Shown: positions 49,852 to 61,631, counted from the first letter of the stretch. The stretch is DNA of 64,000 nt from an uncultured Pseudomonadota bacterium (GCA_963770835.1 CAVYRH010000019.1:384001-448000), one strand, 5' to 3'. Notes: generated from the sequence alone by a model not told the origin. Numbers and translations: made by a program.

Positions 49852-52800
49852 TCAGTGCCTGACCAGGATCTTCAGGGTCTGCCGCGTGGTGAGGTTGCCC
49901 GAGGAGGTTTCCACGGCCTCGGCCACGGCGATATAAAGGCCGCTGGCCCTGTTTCGGGGGTCCCAAACGGCGTAGCCGCCGGATGAGCCCAAGGGCGACG
50001 CGATCAATTCCCCGGCCACGTCGTAAATCTTCACCGACAAGGTCTGTGGGGTGGCGGCGTTGATAGAGAAGGTGACCGGCCCGGCCCCATCCAGCACGAG
50101 GTTGGGGTAGGCCACGATCACGTTGTTGGCGTTGGCATGGCCGTTCTCCACGATCACCGTGCGGGTGATGACCGTATTCGCGCCCATGCCATTATTAGCG
50201 TTGATCTCCAGGTAATACTCGCCGTTGGTGACCATCTGGCCGTTATCACCGCGGCCATCCCAGGTCAGGGTCACTCCATTGCTCAAAACAATGTCCAGCT
50301 GGCCGTTGGCCCCCGAGGATCCCGGCTGGATGACCGATGAGGACAGTTGGGTGAGGTTCAGCTGGCTGGCCTGGGCATCGGAGATGACGCTTGAGATAGT
50401 GTGGACCACCTCGCCCGCCTCGTTGTAAATCTTCACCGTCACCGTTTCCAGCTGGCGGCTGACCGTCACCGTTTGCGTTTCAGTGGTCACCACGCCCAGA
50501 CTGTCCGTGTTTTGCACCTTGATGTAATAAACGCCGTTGGAAACCAGGTTGCCGTTGGAGCTGGTCCCGTTCCAGTCGGTGATGTAATGGCCCGCGTCGT
50601 AAATGGAAACCGCGTTGTTGGCCCCCGCCAGGCTGGTAATGCTGGCCCCCGCCTGAAGGCTGATGTTGTTGAGGGGCTGGGAGTACTGCTGTTGCTGGAG
50701 TTGTTTCACCAGCTCGCCCGCTTCGTTGTAAACGTTGATCACCACCGCGAATTGGGCCGTCACAACCACGTTCACGCTGGTGGAGACGGGAGCCGCCAAT
50801 CCCGTGTAGGTCAATTGGGCGTTATTGGTGACGGTTGTAGCCGCGACGAAGTTGTTCACCTGGGTCTGGTAGGTCAATTGATAGGGCCCGGGCGAAAGGG
50901 ATACCGGCAGGGTCCAGGTCAACAGCGACTGGGCCGGGGCGAAGTTAGAGATGGTCCCCGCCGGGCTGGACCCAAAGCTCACGAAGGAGACGTTGTCGGG
51001 CAGGGTGTCGGTGACCACTACGTTGGAAGCCACGTTGCCCAGGACATCCAGGTTGATGGTGTAGTTCAAGATTCCTCCAGCCTGGGCCGTGGCGGGGGAA
51101 ACCTGCTTGTTGAGGGTCACCTGGACCGCCGGGGTTGGGGTCGGGGTGGAAGTGGCGGTGGAAGTGGGCGTGGCCGTGGCGGTGTTCGTCGGGGTGAAAG
51201 TAGCCGTATTCGTCGCGGTATTGGTGCGGCTGTTGGTCGGGGTGAAGGTGGCTGTGGGGGTGACAGTGTTGGTGGGAGTGCCAGTCGCCGTAAACGTGGG
51301 CGTGGCGGTGGCCGTGTTGGTGGGGGTGGCGGTCAGCGTGCTGGTCCTGGTGTCCGTGGGCGTACTGGTCTGCGTGGGAGTAGGCGTGCTGGTAGCGGTG
51401 TTAGTGGGCGTGCCGGTCAAAGTCGCAGTGGGCGTGCTGGTTGCCGTATTAGTTGGCGTGGCGGTGTCCGTGTTCGTCGCCGTGTTCGTGGGAGTGCCGG
51501 TGAGCGTGTTGGTGGCGGTATTCGTCGTCGTGTTCGTGGCGGTGTTGGTAGCCGTATTGGTCGGGGTGTTTTGGAGTGTATTAGTCGGGGTGCTCGTCGC
51601 GGTCAGGGTGGCGGTTTTGGTTTGGGTGGCGGTGGCGGTGTTGGTGGCCGTGTTGGTTGGGGTGGCCGTCAGCGTATTCGTCGGGGTTTCGGTAGCCGTT
51701 TTCGTGGGGGTGCTGGTGGCCGTATCGGTCGCCGTGTTCTGGAGGGTATTGGTCGGTGTGGCGGTCGCCGTAGCGGTGGGGCTGGCCGTGGGCGTGGCGG
51801 TCGCCGTGTTCGTGGCCGTATTGGTGGTGGTGGCCGTCGGGGTGTTCGTGGCTGTATTGGTCGGGGTGTTCAGGAGCGTATTGGTGGAGGTGGCGGTCGG
51901 CGTGTTCGATGAAGTATTCGTGGGCGTGTTCGTCTGGGTATTCGTCGGCGTATTGGTAGCCGTGGCCGTGGGTGTGTTGGTGGCGGTATTGGTGGCAGTG
52001 TTCTGAAGCGTATTCGTTGAGGTGGCGGTGGGCGTATTGGTCGCGGTATTCGTGGGGGTGGCGGTCAGGGTTTTTGTCGGCGTGTTGGTGGGCGTCGCGG
52101 TCGGTGTATTGGTGGGCGTATTGGTGGCCGTGTTTTGCAGCGTGTTCGTCGGGGTGGAGGTCGGAGTATTGGTGGGGGTGATCGTAGGCGTGTTGGTAGG
52201 CGTGGCGGTGGCCGTATTGGTGGGGGTGGCCGTCATTGTGTTCGTTGGGGTGTTGGTCGGTGTCGCCGTCGGGGTGTTCGTGGAAGTATTGGTGGCCGTG
52301 TTTTGCAGCGTATTAGTCGGCGTATTCGTGGGAGTATTCGTCTGCGTCAAAGTGGGCGTGGCCGTCGGAGTCCTTGTCGGCGTATTGGTGGTGGTAACCG
52401 TCGGCGTATTCGTCGGGGTGTTGGTCGGTGTCGCCGTTGGGGTGTTCGTGGGTGTATTGGTGGCGGTGTTTTGCAGCGTATTGGTCGGCGTACTCGTCGG
52501 GGTGTTCGTGGGGGTGATCGTCGATGTGTTGGTAGGCGTCGCGGTGGCCGTATTGGTGGGCGTGGCGGTCAGGGTTTTTGTCGGCGTGTTGGTGGGCGTC
52601 GCCGTCGGGGTGTTGGTGGGCGTATTGGTGGCCGTGTTCTGGAGCGTATTGGTTGGGGTATTCGTCGGGGTGTTCGTGGGGGTGATCGTAGGCGTATTGG
52701 TAGGCGTCGCGGTGGGAGTATTGGTGGGGGTGGCGGTCATTGTGTTCGTCGGGGTGTTGGTGGGCGTCAAAGTGGGCGTAGCCGTCGGGGTCCTCGTCGG

Positions 52801-55380
52801 CGTATTGGTGGCGGTAACCGTCGGCGTGTTCGTCGGGGTGTTCGTGGGTGTCGCCGTCGGGGTGTTCGTGGGCGTATTGGTGGCCGTGTTCTGGAGCGTG
52901 TTGGTAGGCGTATTCGTCGGGGTGTTCGTGGGGGTGATCGTTGGCGTATTGGTAGGCGTCGCGGTAGGGGTATTGGTGGGGGTGTTCGTCGGCGTAGCCG
53001 TGGGAGTCTTCGTCGGCGTGTTGGTCGGGGTGTTCGTGGAGGTGTTTGTAGCCGTATTCGTCGGCGTGTTTTGGCTCGTGTTGGTGGGGGTGTTGGTCGG
53101 CGTATTGGTAGGAGTAATCGTCGGTGTGTTGGTAGGCGTCGCGGTGGGAGTATTGGTTGAGGTGTTGGTCGGCGTAGCCGTGGGAGTCCTAGTGGGTGTA
53201 TTCGTCGGGGTGTTAGTGGGAGTGGCAGTCGGGGTGTTGGTGGCCGTATTGGTCGGCGTGTTCTGCGTTGTGTTGGTGGGCGTGTTGGTAGACGTATTGG
53301 TTGGAGTGATCGTTGGAGTGTTGGTCGGCGTAGCCGTGGGAGTCTTGGTCGATGTATTCGTCGGGGTGTTGGTGGGGGTGGCGGTAGGGGTGTTGGTCGC
53401 GGTATTCGTGGGCGTAGCCGTGGGAGTCCTGGTCGGCGTATTCGTCGGGGTGTTGGTGAGGGTGGGGGTTGCCGTATTGGTCGGCGTATTGGTCAGGGTA
53501 TTGGTGGGGGTGAGGGTTGGTGTGTTCGTGGGCGTGGCGGTAGGGGTATTGGTCGCGGTATTCGTGGGCGTAGCCGTAGGAGTCCTGGTCGGCGTATTCG
53601 TCGGGGTATTGGTCGGCGTGAAGGTCGGGGTCTTGGTAGGCGTGAAGGTGGGCGTCAAGGTGGGCGTTGCCGTGGGGGTATTGGTTGGGGTATTCGTTGC
53701 CGTATTGGTCGGGGTGTTGGTGGCCGTATTGCAGCTGATCGTCGTGACGGAGATGGAATTGCTGGTGACCGGCCCACCCCCTGCCCAGTTGGCTGTCCCG
53801 TTATCGGTCATTACCACGCAGGGCGTAGCCGGGTTGTAATCCGTGTAGAAAATGGACACGGGAACGCAATAGCCCGGCTGAAGGCCGGTGATCACATAAA
53901 CCGGTGGGTTGGAGCCGGATTCGTTGAGGACCACCTGTTGTCCATCGATCGTCGTCGTCGTGTAATATTCTCCGGCAAAACTCAACATCCCGTAATTGGT
54001 GAGGTTTTCAGAGATAGTGACCCCGTTGGCTGGCCCTCCGCCCGCTCCCGCGCAGACGTTGAGAATAAAGGTAAGTCCCGCGTTCCCCGCCGACCCGTCG
54101 TAGCCGGAGGTAGCGGAGGTCGTGGATTTGGTGATGGTGATTTGGGGCGGCACGATCACCTGGGAATAAGTGACGGGGTTCGAGGTAGTGTTCCCGCTGG
54201 GCCAGGTCACTGCCGCCTGGTCCACCAAGGTCAGGGCGCAGCCCGGGTTCAAAGCGGTATCGTTCCCATCGCTTACTTGGGCCGTCATGGTGACGCAGCC
54301 GTTTCCAAGGGAGGGAAAAACCATGGTGTCGCCGTTGGCCGTCGGTTCATTTGCCTGCCCGTTGGAGGGGGCATAATAACAAAGCTGGTAGGCTTCGTTG
54401 GCATCCCCATATCCCCAGCACCCGAACGAGAACGTGCCACAGGTGGAGACATTGGTCAGGAAATTGTCCGTTATGGTTGTGGGGCCGGTCGTCACGGGCC
54501 CCCCGGTGTTGCAAGCCACGATCGTGAAATCAAGGGTCAGCGTGTTGCCGCTGGTGACCGCGCTGGAGAGGGTCTTAGTGACTGAAATATTAGGGGGGCC
54601 AATCGTTGGTTCGGGCGTGGGGATGGGAACGCATTGGTTCCAGAAAAGGGCTCCGGTGGAGGTTCCGTAGTCCCCCGAGCAATTATTGGCGATGAAAGGA
54701 AGGGGCTGGCCAGTGACGGGGTTGTACAAGCGATTCGCCCAAGTGGAGGCTGTCACACCGCTGGAACAATAAGAAGTAGTCCAAGACGCCCCTCCGCTGC
54801 TATTGGCCGTCGTGGTGTTGTAATTCGTGGCGTACCAGGGATTGCCGCTGCCGTCATCAGGGGGAGGGCCGCAGGGATTGCAGCCATTCGGGTAATAATC
54901 CACGGAGAGGTTTCCAGAACCGCTGGTGATTTCCGAATGGTTTCCGCCGGAGCAGGTGATGTCCAGGTCCCAGGAGGAAAAAGTGTCCTGGGGGGCTGTG
55001 TTCTGGGTATAAACAGCCAAACAGACTTCGGATCCCGTCAAAAGAGAAACGGGTACGGAAATGCAAGTAGGATTGGCCGCGCCCCCCGTTCCGGGTGCGC
55101 CGGCATAGGGGTAGAATCCAATGGACACTCCTCCAACGTAAATAGAGGTGTTGTCGTCGCCGGAGGCGCAGAGGGTGGCGGAAGTAGGGGTACATTGGGA
55201 CCAAACCCGGCTAGGAAAAATGGCCAGTGAGAGCAGTACGAAAACCGTAATACCGGTAGTGAAGAACCGTTTTAAGTTTTTAGGGGGAACATGAGTCAAC
55301 ATTTCCCGTCTCTTTCCTATCAACAAAGTTGTCATACCGGTGATTACATTGAACCGGTTCGAGTTAAATAGTTTGTCCAT
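49852..55380 (-). CDS. Giant Thr/Pro/Asn-repeat surface protein with DUF11-like domains and three FlgD-Ig-like C-terminal modules
   Basis: Signal peptide (start may be 55302), Cys-containing N-domain, about 870-aa TPTN stalk, VVVTDTLP, three 'YNEAGE..W.G...G.Y'-type modules. Confidence 0.85.
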   Translation of the reverse strand: MDKLFNSNRFNVITGMTTLLIGKRREMLTHVPPKNLKRFFTTGITVFVLLSLAIFPSRVWSQCTPTSATLCASGDDNTSIYVGGVSIGFYPYAGAPGTGGAANPTCISVPVSLLTGSEVCLAVYTQNTAPQDTFSSWDLDITCSGGNHSEITSGSGNLSVDYYPNGCNPCGPPPDDGSGNPWYATNYNTTTANSSGGASWTTSYCSSGVTASTWANRLYNPVTGQPLPFIANNCSGDYGTSTGALFWNQCVPIPTPEPTIGPPNISVTKTLSSAVTSGNTLTLDFTIVACNTGGPVTTGPTTITDNFLTNVSTCGTFSFGCWGYGDANEAYQLCYYAPSNGQANEPTANGDTMVFPSLGNGCVTMTAQVSDGNDTALNPGCALTLVDQAAVTWPSGNTTSNPVTYSQVIVPPQITITKSTTSATSGYDGSAGNAGLTFILNVCAGAGGGPANGVTISENLTNYGMLSFAGEYYTTTTIDGQQVVLNESGSNPPVYVITGLQPGYCVPVSIFYTDYNPATPCVVMTDNGTANWAGGGPVTSNSISVTTISCNTATNTPTNTATNTPTNTPTATPTLTPTFTPTKTPTFTPTNTPTNTPTRTPTATPTNTATNTPTATPTNTPTLTPTNTLTNTPTNTATPTLTNTPTNTPTRTPTATPTNTATNTPTATPTNTPTNTSTKTPTATPTNTPTITPTNTSTNTPTNTTQNTPTNTATNTPTATPTNTPTNTPTRTPTATPTNTSTNTPTATPTNTPTITPTNTPTNTPTNTSQNTPTNTATNTSTNTPTNTPTKTPTATPTNTPTNTPTATPTNTPTITPTNTPTNTPTNTLQNTATNTPTNTPTATPTNTPTNTPTVTATNTPTRTPTATPTLTPTNTPTNTMTATPTNTPTATPTNTPTITPTNTPTNTPTNTLQNTATNTPTNTPTATPTNTPTKTLTATPTNTATATPTNTSTITPTNTPTSTPTNTLQNTATNTPTNTPTATPTNTPTNTPTVTTTNTPTRTPTATPTLTQTNTPTNTPTNTLQNTATNTSTNTPTATPTNTPTNTMTATPTNTATATPTNTPTITPTNTPTSTPTNTLQNTATNTPTNTPTATPTNTPTKTLTATPTNTATNTPTATSTNTLQNTATNTATNTPTATATNTPTNTQTNTPTNTSSNTPTATSTNTLLNTPTNTATNTPTATTTNTATNTATATPTASPTATATATPTNTLQNTATDTATSTPTKTATETPTNTLTATPTNTATNTATATQTKTATLTATSTPTNTLQNTPTNTATNTATNTTTNTATNTLTGTPTNTATNTDTATPTNTATSTPTATLTGTPTNTATSTPTPTQTSTPTDTRTSTLTATPTNTATATPTFTATGTPTNTVTPTATFTPTNSRTNTATNTATFTPTNTATATPTSTATSTPTPTPAVQVTLNKQVSPATAQAGGILNYTINLDVLGNVASNVVVTDTLPDNVSFVSFGSSPAGTISNFAPAQSLLTWTLPVSLSPGPYQLTYQTQVNNFVAATTVTNNAQLTYTGLAAPVSTSVNVVVTAQFAVVINVYNEAGELVKQLQQQQYSQPLNNISLQAGASITSLAGANNAVSIYDAGHYITDWNGTSSNGNLVSNGVYYIKVQNTDSLGVVTTETQTVTVSRQLETVTVKIYNEAGEVVHTISSVISDAQASQLNLTQLSSSVIQPGSSGANGQLDIVLSNGVTLTWDGRGDNGQMVTNGEYYLEINANNGMGANTVITRTVIVENGHANANNVIVAYPNLVLDGAGPVTFSINAATPQTLSVKIYDVAGELIASPLGSSGGYAVWDPRNRASGLYIAVAEAVETSSGNLTTRQTLKILVRH

Positions 55381-55734
55381 AAATAACCTTCATTCATTGA
55401 TTCAACTCTCCCTAACGGGAATAATATTTTCTGCTTGACCGATAAAGTTAAAATCGTTTCAAAATAAGAAATTAGGCTCTTTTTTGACCGCTTTCATAAT
55501 AAAGCATACCAGGATTTCTAAATTTGGGTATGGGACAAAAAAAACCAATTTGATTCAGAAATATAGACTTGTTTGGCGAGTTTAATTCACCCCAAAAAAG
55601 CGTTTTTTAGAGGGTGATTTACCTTGGAAAGCAGCTGTATTTTCGGTTACAACCGACATTCCATTATCGGCTCTACCTTAGAATTGTTGAATTATCCAAT
55701 AATTATCATCTTGAATCACTCGGAGTCTTTCACC

Positions 55735-56595
55735 ATGAAAATGTGCCGGTTCCTCTTTCTTTTCCCTCTTTTTTTCTTTTTCACTTGTTCATTCCTGGGA
55801 GCCGCGCCCGCCCAATTGGAGAACAATGATTATAAGGTCACCCTTTCGGAGACCCTCCCCGGCATCGACGGTTCGGGAGCCTTTCTTCCGTCCGATGCCG
55901 CCATCACGGTGACCGTTACCGACAAATTCCGATCCCAGCAAACCTTTTATCCCTTGAAGGTCTACGCCATCGCCAATTATTTCCTCCTGGGCGATACCCT
56001 CAACCTGGTCGCCCGCGCCACCCTCCTCAACACGCCGACGGGGCCCCGTTACACTTTCATCCAGCTCAATCTCTCCAACCCGTCGGATTCCCGCCAATTC
56101 CAAAACCTGCAACAGTATTCCCTTTCCCCCGACCAGCAGAACCTTTTGGCGGTGGTGGACAACGGCGGCGGGGCTCCGGGGATTGGAATGGCGCGGCTCA
56201 CGGACGATCCCATGGGAATGGGATGGATCTACGCCGAACCCGCGGGCGCCAATCTTTTCAAGGCTTCGTTCGCGGCGCCCGTCTCGGCCTTCACCTTTTA
56301 CGACCCGGTGGGTTGGTCCGCCGATTCCCTTTCCGCGGCCTTCCTTTTTTCCATCGACGACGGTACAAAAGATGCCCAGGGCAAGGCCGTCCTGAAGGAT
56401 TACCTGGCCAACTTGGAACTCGCGGATAAAAATTGGAAGGCCACGGCCCAACCCCTAGACTTGTCTTCCTATCATTTTCACTCTGGGGCGGCGCTTACGG
56501 ACCTGCGTTGCGACGGCCAAAAAGCAGCCCTTTTCCTGACTCAGGATAATTCCAGCAATCCCGTGGAGGTGGATTTCAAGCTGACTCCCCCCTAA
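55735..56595 (+). CDS. Hypothetical exported protein
   Basis: RBS GGAG, signal peptide MKMCRFLFLF..LGA. Confidence 0.65.
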   Translation: MKMCRFLFLFPLFFFFTCSFLGAAPAQLENNDYKVTLSETLPGIDGSGAFLPSDAAITVTVTDKFRSQQTFYPLKVYAIANYFLLGDTLNLVARATLLNTPTGPRYTFIQLNLSNPSDSRQFQNLQQYSLSPDQQNLLAVVDNGGGAPGIGMARLTDDPMGMGWIYAEPAGANLFKASFAAPVSAFTFYDPVGWSADSLSAAFLFSIDDGTKDAQGKAVLKDYLANLELADKNWKATAQPLDLSSYHFHSGAALTDLRCDGQKAALFLTQDNSSNPVEVDFKLTPP

Positions 56596-56715
56596 AATAA
56601 CCAGTATAATTTTTTGGAGTTCAGGGAAGTTTCAGGGCCCGGCGGCAGGACGTTTGAAAATTCAAATCCGGGTCGAAACCCGGAACATACTTTTTTATGA
56701 GTGGTGGGCCGTCCC

Positions 56716-57036
56716 ATGAAGATCAACCATACCAATCCCAACCTCAACCTCATGAATACTCTGGGGGTTGAGCAAGCCGCTCGCAAGGCCGCCCAGGAAA
56801 AAGCCGCGGAATCGGCCAAGGCCCGGGCGGCCGAGGAAGCCCAGCGGCTCCAACAAATCTCCGAAACTCTGAAGGGCAAGAAGCCCGTTGGAAAGATCGG
56901 TCCGGACTCCAAAGGGCAACAGGGTCGCCGCAACGCCCGCTACCTGCCCGATGGAACGGTCCAGCCGGAAGGTTCCGACGGCCCCGATGACTCGTCCAAT
57001 CCTCCACCCCGCGGCGGCATCGACATCAAGGCTTAA
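56716..57036 (+). CDS. Small hypothetical protein
   Basis: Ala/Glu/Lys helix, ends GGIDIKA. Confidence 0.5.
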   Translation: MKINHTNPNLNLMNTLGVEQAARKAAQEKAAESAKARAAEEAQRLQQISETLKGKKPVGKIGPDSKGQQGRRNARYLPDGTVQPEGSDGPDDSSNPPPRGGIDIKA

Positions 57037-57058
57037 TTCGTAATCAACCTACCGCATT

Positions 57059-58423
57059 TCACTTAAAAAAAATGAATGTGATCAGGATGAAAACCGGGAT
57101 AAGAACCGCGCCCGACCACAGCATATAGCCGCCGAAGGAAGGCATTCTCACGCGGGCCTGCTCGGCGATGGCGCGAACCATGAAATTAGGGCCGTTTCCA
57201 ATATAGCTGTTGGCGCCCATGAAAACCGAACCGCAGGAAATAGCGGCCAATAGCTGGGGGAATTTTTCGGCCAGTTGGCCCAGGTGGGCGGTGGAAAGGC
57301 CGTTCTGGCCCGCGGCCAGCGAAGCGTAGCTCAAGTAGGTCGGCGCGTTATCCAGGAAGCTGCTCAAAAACCCAGAAAGCCAGAAGTACATCCAGGGATG
57401 GGTAATGGCAATGTCTTGCCCCTTGGCCTCAAGCAGCGTCAGGGCCGGGATCATGGAGCCGAAGATACCGAAAAAAAGCACCGCCACCTCGATGATGGGG
57501 CCGAAGCTGAACTGGTTTTCCTCGTGGATGGCCGAAGGAGTCCCTTTGTAGGAGATAAAGGCCAATACCAGCATGATGGCGATTTGAAGCAGCCGGGAAA
57601 AGGCCGATCCCCAAGCCCCAAAATGAGCCTCCAGGAAAGGGCTAAACCAATAACCCGAAGCCATGACCGTCATCAAAATGCCGCCCAGGCAAAACACGTT
57701 GGCCCAGCCCTCAATATGGATGGGTTGCTCGGCCTCCTGGATGGCCTGGATCAGGGAGCCACGCACGTGGGTTTCCTCGTCGTCGAAGATCCGGTCGTCG
57801 ATCAGGTGGAAAACAAAAAGTAAAATCAGGAGCGTCAAGGACCAGATAGGGATGAGACGTGTAAAAGTCCACCAGAAAGGCACACCTTTCAGGAAGCCCA
57901 GATAAAGGGGCGGATCACCCAATGGCGTCAAAAGCCCCCCACAATTGGAAACAATGAAGATGAAGAAGACCACCACATGCGCTTTGTGCCGCCGGAGCTG
58001 GTTGGCGCGCAAAAGCGGCCGGATGAGGACCATGCTGGCGCCGGTGGTGCCCAGGAAACTCGACAGCACGGCTCCCAAACCCAGGAAAACCGTGTTGATA
58101 TAGGGTAACCCCGCGAAAGCACCCGTGATGTGGATGCCTCCCGAAACCGTGAAAAGCGAGCCCAAAAGCACCAAAAAAGCCAGGTAGTCCAGGTAGGTAT
58201 CCAGGACTTTGGTAAAGTCACCCGTGGGATGGACGTAAAGGAAGATCCCGGCGAAAGCGCAAGCTGCGGCGACCAAGAACTTGTTGCGCATGTGTTCCCA
58301 CCATCCGGCGGTAAAACCGATGAAGGGCAGAACGGCGATGAAGAAAAGCAGCAGGAAGAAAGGGGCGAAATGCAATGCCGCCGCGCCTGCCCCCATCTGT
58401 TTCCAATAAACCATGGAATCCAT
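57059..58423 (-). CDS. Sodium:proton antiporter / CitMHS-like ion transporter
   Basis: GTTGASM, SNCGGLLTPLGDPPL, SSFLDNAPTY, YIGNGPNFM. Confidence 0.85.
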   Translation of the reverse strand: MDSMVYWKQMGAGAAALHFAPFFLLLFFIAVLPFIGFTAGWWEHMRNKFLVAAACAFAGIFLYVHPTGDFTKVLDTYLDYLAFLVLLGSLFTVSGGIHITGAFAGLPYINTVFLGLGAVLSSFLGTTGASMVLIRPLLRANQLRRHKAHVVVFFIFIVSNCGGLLTPLGDPPLYLGFLKGVPFWWTFTRLIPIWSLTLLILLFVFHLIDDRIFDDEETHVRGSLIQAIQEAEQPIHIEGWANVFCLGGILMTVMASGYWFSPFLEAHFGAWGSAFSRLLQIAIMLVLAFISYKGTPSAIHEENQFSFGPIIEVAVLFFGIFGSMIPALTLLEAKGQDIAITHPWMYFWLSGFLSSFLDNAPTYLSYASLAAGQNGLSTAHLGQLAEKFPQLLAAISCGSVFMGANSYIGNGPNFMVRAIAEQARVRMPSFGGYMLWSGAVLIPVFILITFIFFK

Positions 58424-58457
58424 CAATCGCCTTTCAAATTCAATATTCCAACCCGGG

Positions 58458-58799
58458 TTAAGACACCGCCGTATCACCGGCCTCGCCGCTGCTGATCCGG
58501 AAAGCCCCGTCGATCCTTTGGACGAAGATTTTCCCATCCCCCATGTGGCCGGTTCCCGCGGCCTTCAGGATGGCCTTTACGATGGCTTCGGCCTTCTGGT
58601 CCGACACCACGACCTCCAGCTTGACCTTAGGCAGGGCTCCAATCCGGTACTCTTTTCCCTTCCAGTTTTGCGCAATCCCCTTTTGTTTTCCCTGGCCACG
58701 GACCACGGTCATGGTGATGCCCGTATAGCCGGACGCTTCCAGGGCTTCCCGGACCCGGCCCAATTTTCCCGGTTGAATGATGGCTTCTATTTTTTTCAT
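58458..58799 (-). CDS. P-II family nitrogen regulator 3
   Basis: MKKIEAII, GQGKQKG, TGHMGDGKIF. Confidence 0.92.
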   Translation of the reverse strand: MKKIEAIIQPGKLGRVREALEASGYTGITMTVVRGQGKQKGIAQNWKGKEYRIGALPKVKLEVVVSDQKAEAIVKAILKAAGTGHMGDGKIFVQRIDGAFRISSGEAGDTAVS

Positions 58800-58838
58800 C
58801 GGATCACTCCATCTGAAACCCCGCGCAGAAAACAGCCC

Positions 58839-59180
58839 CTACGAAACCACCGCATCGTCCTCGTCGCCGCCGCTGATCTTGTAGGCCTTCTCAATCCGGT
58901 AAACGAAGATTTTGCCATCGCCCTCTTCCCCCGTCACGGCGCTTTCCAAGATCGCTTTCACGGTCTTTTCCACCTCCGGGTCAATCGTTACGATTTCCAG
59001 CTTCAGCTTGCGAAGTATCTCGATCTTGTATTTTTTGCCGAAAAAGGACTTCGTTAGGCCCTTTTGTTTGCCATGTCCCTTCACTTCGGTGATTGTTATG
59101 CCGGGATAACCCACCCGCTCCAGGGCAACCCGCACCTCCTCGAACTTTTCGGGTTGAATGATGGCCTCAATTTTTTTCAT
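58839..59180 (-). CDS. P-II family nitrogen regulator 2
   Basis: MKKIEAII, GHGKQKG, TGEEGDGKIF. Confidence 0.92.
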   Translation of the reverse strand: MKKIEAIIQPEKFEEVRVALERVGYPGITITEVKGHGKQKGLTKSFFGKKYKIEILRKLKLEIVTIDPEVEKTVKAILESAVTGEEGDGKIFVYRIEKAYKISGGDEDDAVVS

Positions 59181-59226
59181 TAGGCGAAAACCCGTGGACC
59201 GCTAAAAGCGGCGGATTATTTCAAAC

Positions 59227-59258
59227 AAAAAGGGGCTAACCTCAACCGGGTTAACCCT
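59227..59258 (-). terminator. Putative intrinsic terminator after the first P-II gene
   Basis: GGGTTAACC-CGGTTGA-GGTTAGCCC followed by CTTTTT on the minus strand. Confidence 0.55.
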
Positions 59259-59293
59259 CCATTTATCTCAATTGAAGGGGGCAAGAGACCGCC

Positions 59294-59635
59294 TTACGAA
59301 ACGGCCTTGTCGCCCGCTTCCCCGCTGCTGATGCGGTAGGCATCGTCGATGGTATAAACGAAAATTTTGCCGTCCCCTACTTGGCCTGTCGAGGCGCTGG
59401 TTTGGATGGCCTTCACCAGTTTCTCGATATCCGCGTCGGGGGCCACTATCTCCATTTTGAGCTTGGGCAGGAACTCCACCTTGTACTTGTAGCCCCTGAA
59501 CTGCTGGGAAAGGCCCTTCTGTTTGCCGTGTCCCTCCACTTCGGTAAGGGTGACACCCGTATAACCTGCCTGCTCCAGGGCCGCTTTCACCTGGTCGAAT
59601 TTATCGGGACGGATGATGGCTTCGATCTTTTTCAC
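59294..59635 (-). CDS. glnK: P-II family nitrogen regulator 1 (amtB-linked)
   Basis: Most canonical copy: FRGYKY, FLPK, TGQVGDGKIF; adjacent to amtB. Confidence 0.9.
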   Translation of the reverse strand: MKKIEAIIRPDKFDQVKAALEQAGYTGVTLTEVEGHGKQKGLSQQFRGYKYKVEFLPKLKMEIVAPDADIEKLVKAIQTSASTGQVGDGKIFVYTIDDAYRISSGEAGDKAVS

Positions 59636-59761
59636 GGGATCTCCTTAGGAAAAAATACTCTAAAAATAGAACCTATTTACCACCAAGACACCAAGCCACC
59701 AAGGAAAATAAGGCCACTGCCCCTGGATGAATTTGCGCCTTGGAAGTGAGCCAGAATAATG

Positions 59762-59786
59762 AAAAGGCCCCCTCGCGGGGGCCTTT
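59762..59786 (-). terminator. Putative intrinsic terminator after amtB
   Basis: AAAGGCCCCC-GCGA-GGGGGCCTTTT. Confidence 0.65.
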
Positions 59787-59825
59787 CCCAGGCTTCAGTT
59801 CGACAACAGCCTCTACAGTAACCGA

Positions 59826-61491
59826 TTAATGCGAAGTGATGTTTTCGGAAGCCGGATCCATCTTCACGCCACAGTAACCCAGCGTCCCCATTTCGGGAAC
59901 ATCCAAACCTTCCATTTCCGTTTTGGGATCGACACGGTTCCCGATGGTCTTCTCGATGACCATAAAGACGATGAGGGCGAGAATGGCCAAAGTAACGAAA
60001 TTGGCCAAAACCCCGATAATTTGGGCCACGAATTGGGAAGAGTCGCCGTAGAACAAACCGGTCACACCCTTCAAATTCGCCCCTGTCGTTCCCAGGTAGG
60101 TGGTAGCGCCTGCACCGTTCCAACCTTGGCCGTAGGTGCCGTCAGCCAGCAAGCCGAGGGAAATACATCCCCAAGCTCCGCAAGTTCCGTGCACCGAGAT
60201 GGCGCCTACCGGATCATCGATCTTAAGCACGCGTTCTACGAAGAATACGCTTTCAACAACCAACACACCCGCAACCGCGCCAAGGAAGCAGGCTCCAGGC
60301 GCGTTCACAAAGGCCGAAGGGCCGGTGATGGCCACGAGGCCCGCCAGCATGCCGTTGACGGCCATGCCCGGGTCGGGCTTGTTTCCGCGCACGAACCATA
60401 TCCAAAGCATGGCGAACAAGGCGCCGGTGGCGGAGGCCAACATGGTGTTGACCGCGACCACCGAGATGCGCAGGTCCGCGCCGGCCAAGGTGGAACCGGG
60501 GTTGAACCCGAACCAGCCGAAGGCCAGGATGAAACAGCCGGCGATCGCCATCGGCATGTTGTGCGCCGGGATGGTGTTGGGTGAACCGTTCTTATTGTAT
60601 TTGCCGATGCGGGGCCCGAGAACCCAGGCGCCGATCAAGCCGATCACGCCGCCCTGCATATGGACGACAGTGGAACCGGCAAAGTCGACAGTAGCCGTGG
60701 CCCAAGCCGAAGTTGACCCCCAATTGCGAGAGCCAGCCGCCGCCCCAGACCCAGTTGCCGAACACGGGATACATGATGGTCCCGATCGCGGCCCCGTAAA
60801 GCATGAAAGCGGACCATTTCCAGCGTTCCGCGCAGGCACCCGTGGGGATGGTGGCCGTGGTGTCCATGAACACCATCTCGAAAAGAAAGAGAGCAGAAAA
60901 CTCCGACGTCATAGGCGGGGCCCGTCAGGAAATACCCGCACGTTCCCGATCATCCCGAAGGGCTTTCCAAAGATGGTCCAGGTAACTTCGTTGCTTAACC
61001 CGGCGTAACCACCCAAGGTACCCAAAGCGCCTGTACCACCGATACATAAAGGCAAAACCGCAAATCCAGAACCCCAGCATGCCCAGGGGATAGATCATGA
61101 AGTTCATGGTCATGGTATGGTTCACGTTCTTGGCGCGGGTCATACCCGTTTCCACCATGGCGAACCCAGCTTGCATGAACATGACCAAGTACCCGGTCAC
61201 CAAGGTCCAGACGATGTTGATAGCGACCCGGTTATGGCCGACCGCCGTGGCAACTTCCAAAGCTGTCGGGTTTTTGACGTCCTTAAATGTGTTGAAGGAT
61301 GTCAAATCCGAGATGGATCCAGTTGCAGACCCGTTCGGATCCGGCGGTTGCGGCGCCGGAGTCGCGGCAGGGGCCGCAGCCGTCGTGGGCGCGGCGGCCG
61401 TCTGCGCATTTACCACTACGGGTACCGTGAGTACCACGAGGTAGTAAAGCATCAACCCGATGCTTCCTATCTTTCGAATTTTGGCTAACAT
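59826..61491 (-). pseudogene. amtB: Ammonium transporter with four +1 frameshifts as assembled
   Basis: FMQAGFAMVE, DFAGSTVVH, GWFGFNPGS, IDDPVGAISVH spread over several frames; extra bases at about 61041, 60938, 60895 and 60690. Confidence 0.88.
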
Positions 61492-61615
61492 AATCTCTTC
61501 CTCCTTGTTTGTTTAAAACTGCTGGAAATCCCCGCCCGCTCGACCCTTCCGGCGGTGAAAGATTCCACCGGCACAACCTCCAGCCAACTTAAAACCTAAC
61601 AGTGGGGGAGGTAAA

Positions 61616-61631
61616 AGCAAGGCTTGTGCCA
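61616..61631 (-). promoter_or_regulatory. Sigma54 (-24/-12) promoter for amtB-glnK
   Basis: TGGCAC-AAGCC-TTGCT, consensus match; AT-rich tract and a GC-N11-GC site (61805-61821) upstream. Confidence 0.85.

Noticed and set aside
50401..53839. Plus-strand ORFs of 305-605 aa (VGVLV and RRG repeats) and apparent repeat array
   Set aside because: Shadows of the TPTN stalk; coding repeats without unique spacers, so not CRISPR.
60680..61050. Programmed frameshifting in amtB
   Set aside because: Four separate shifts without slippery sites; an artefact is more parsimonious.
61500..61590. Riboswitch in the amtB leader
   Set aside because: Hairpins are present but I could not match a known aptamer consensus.
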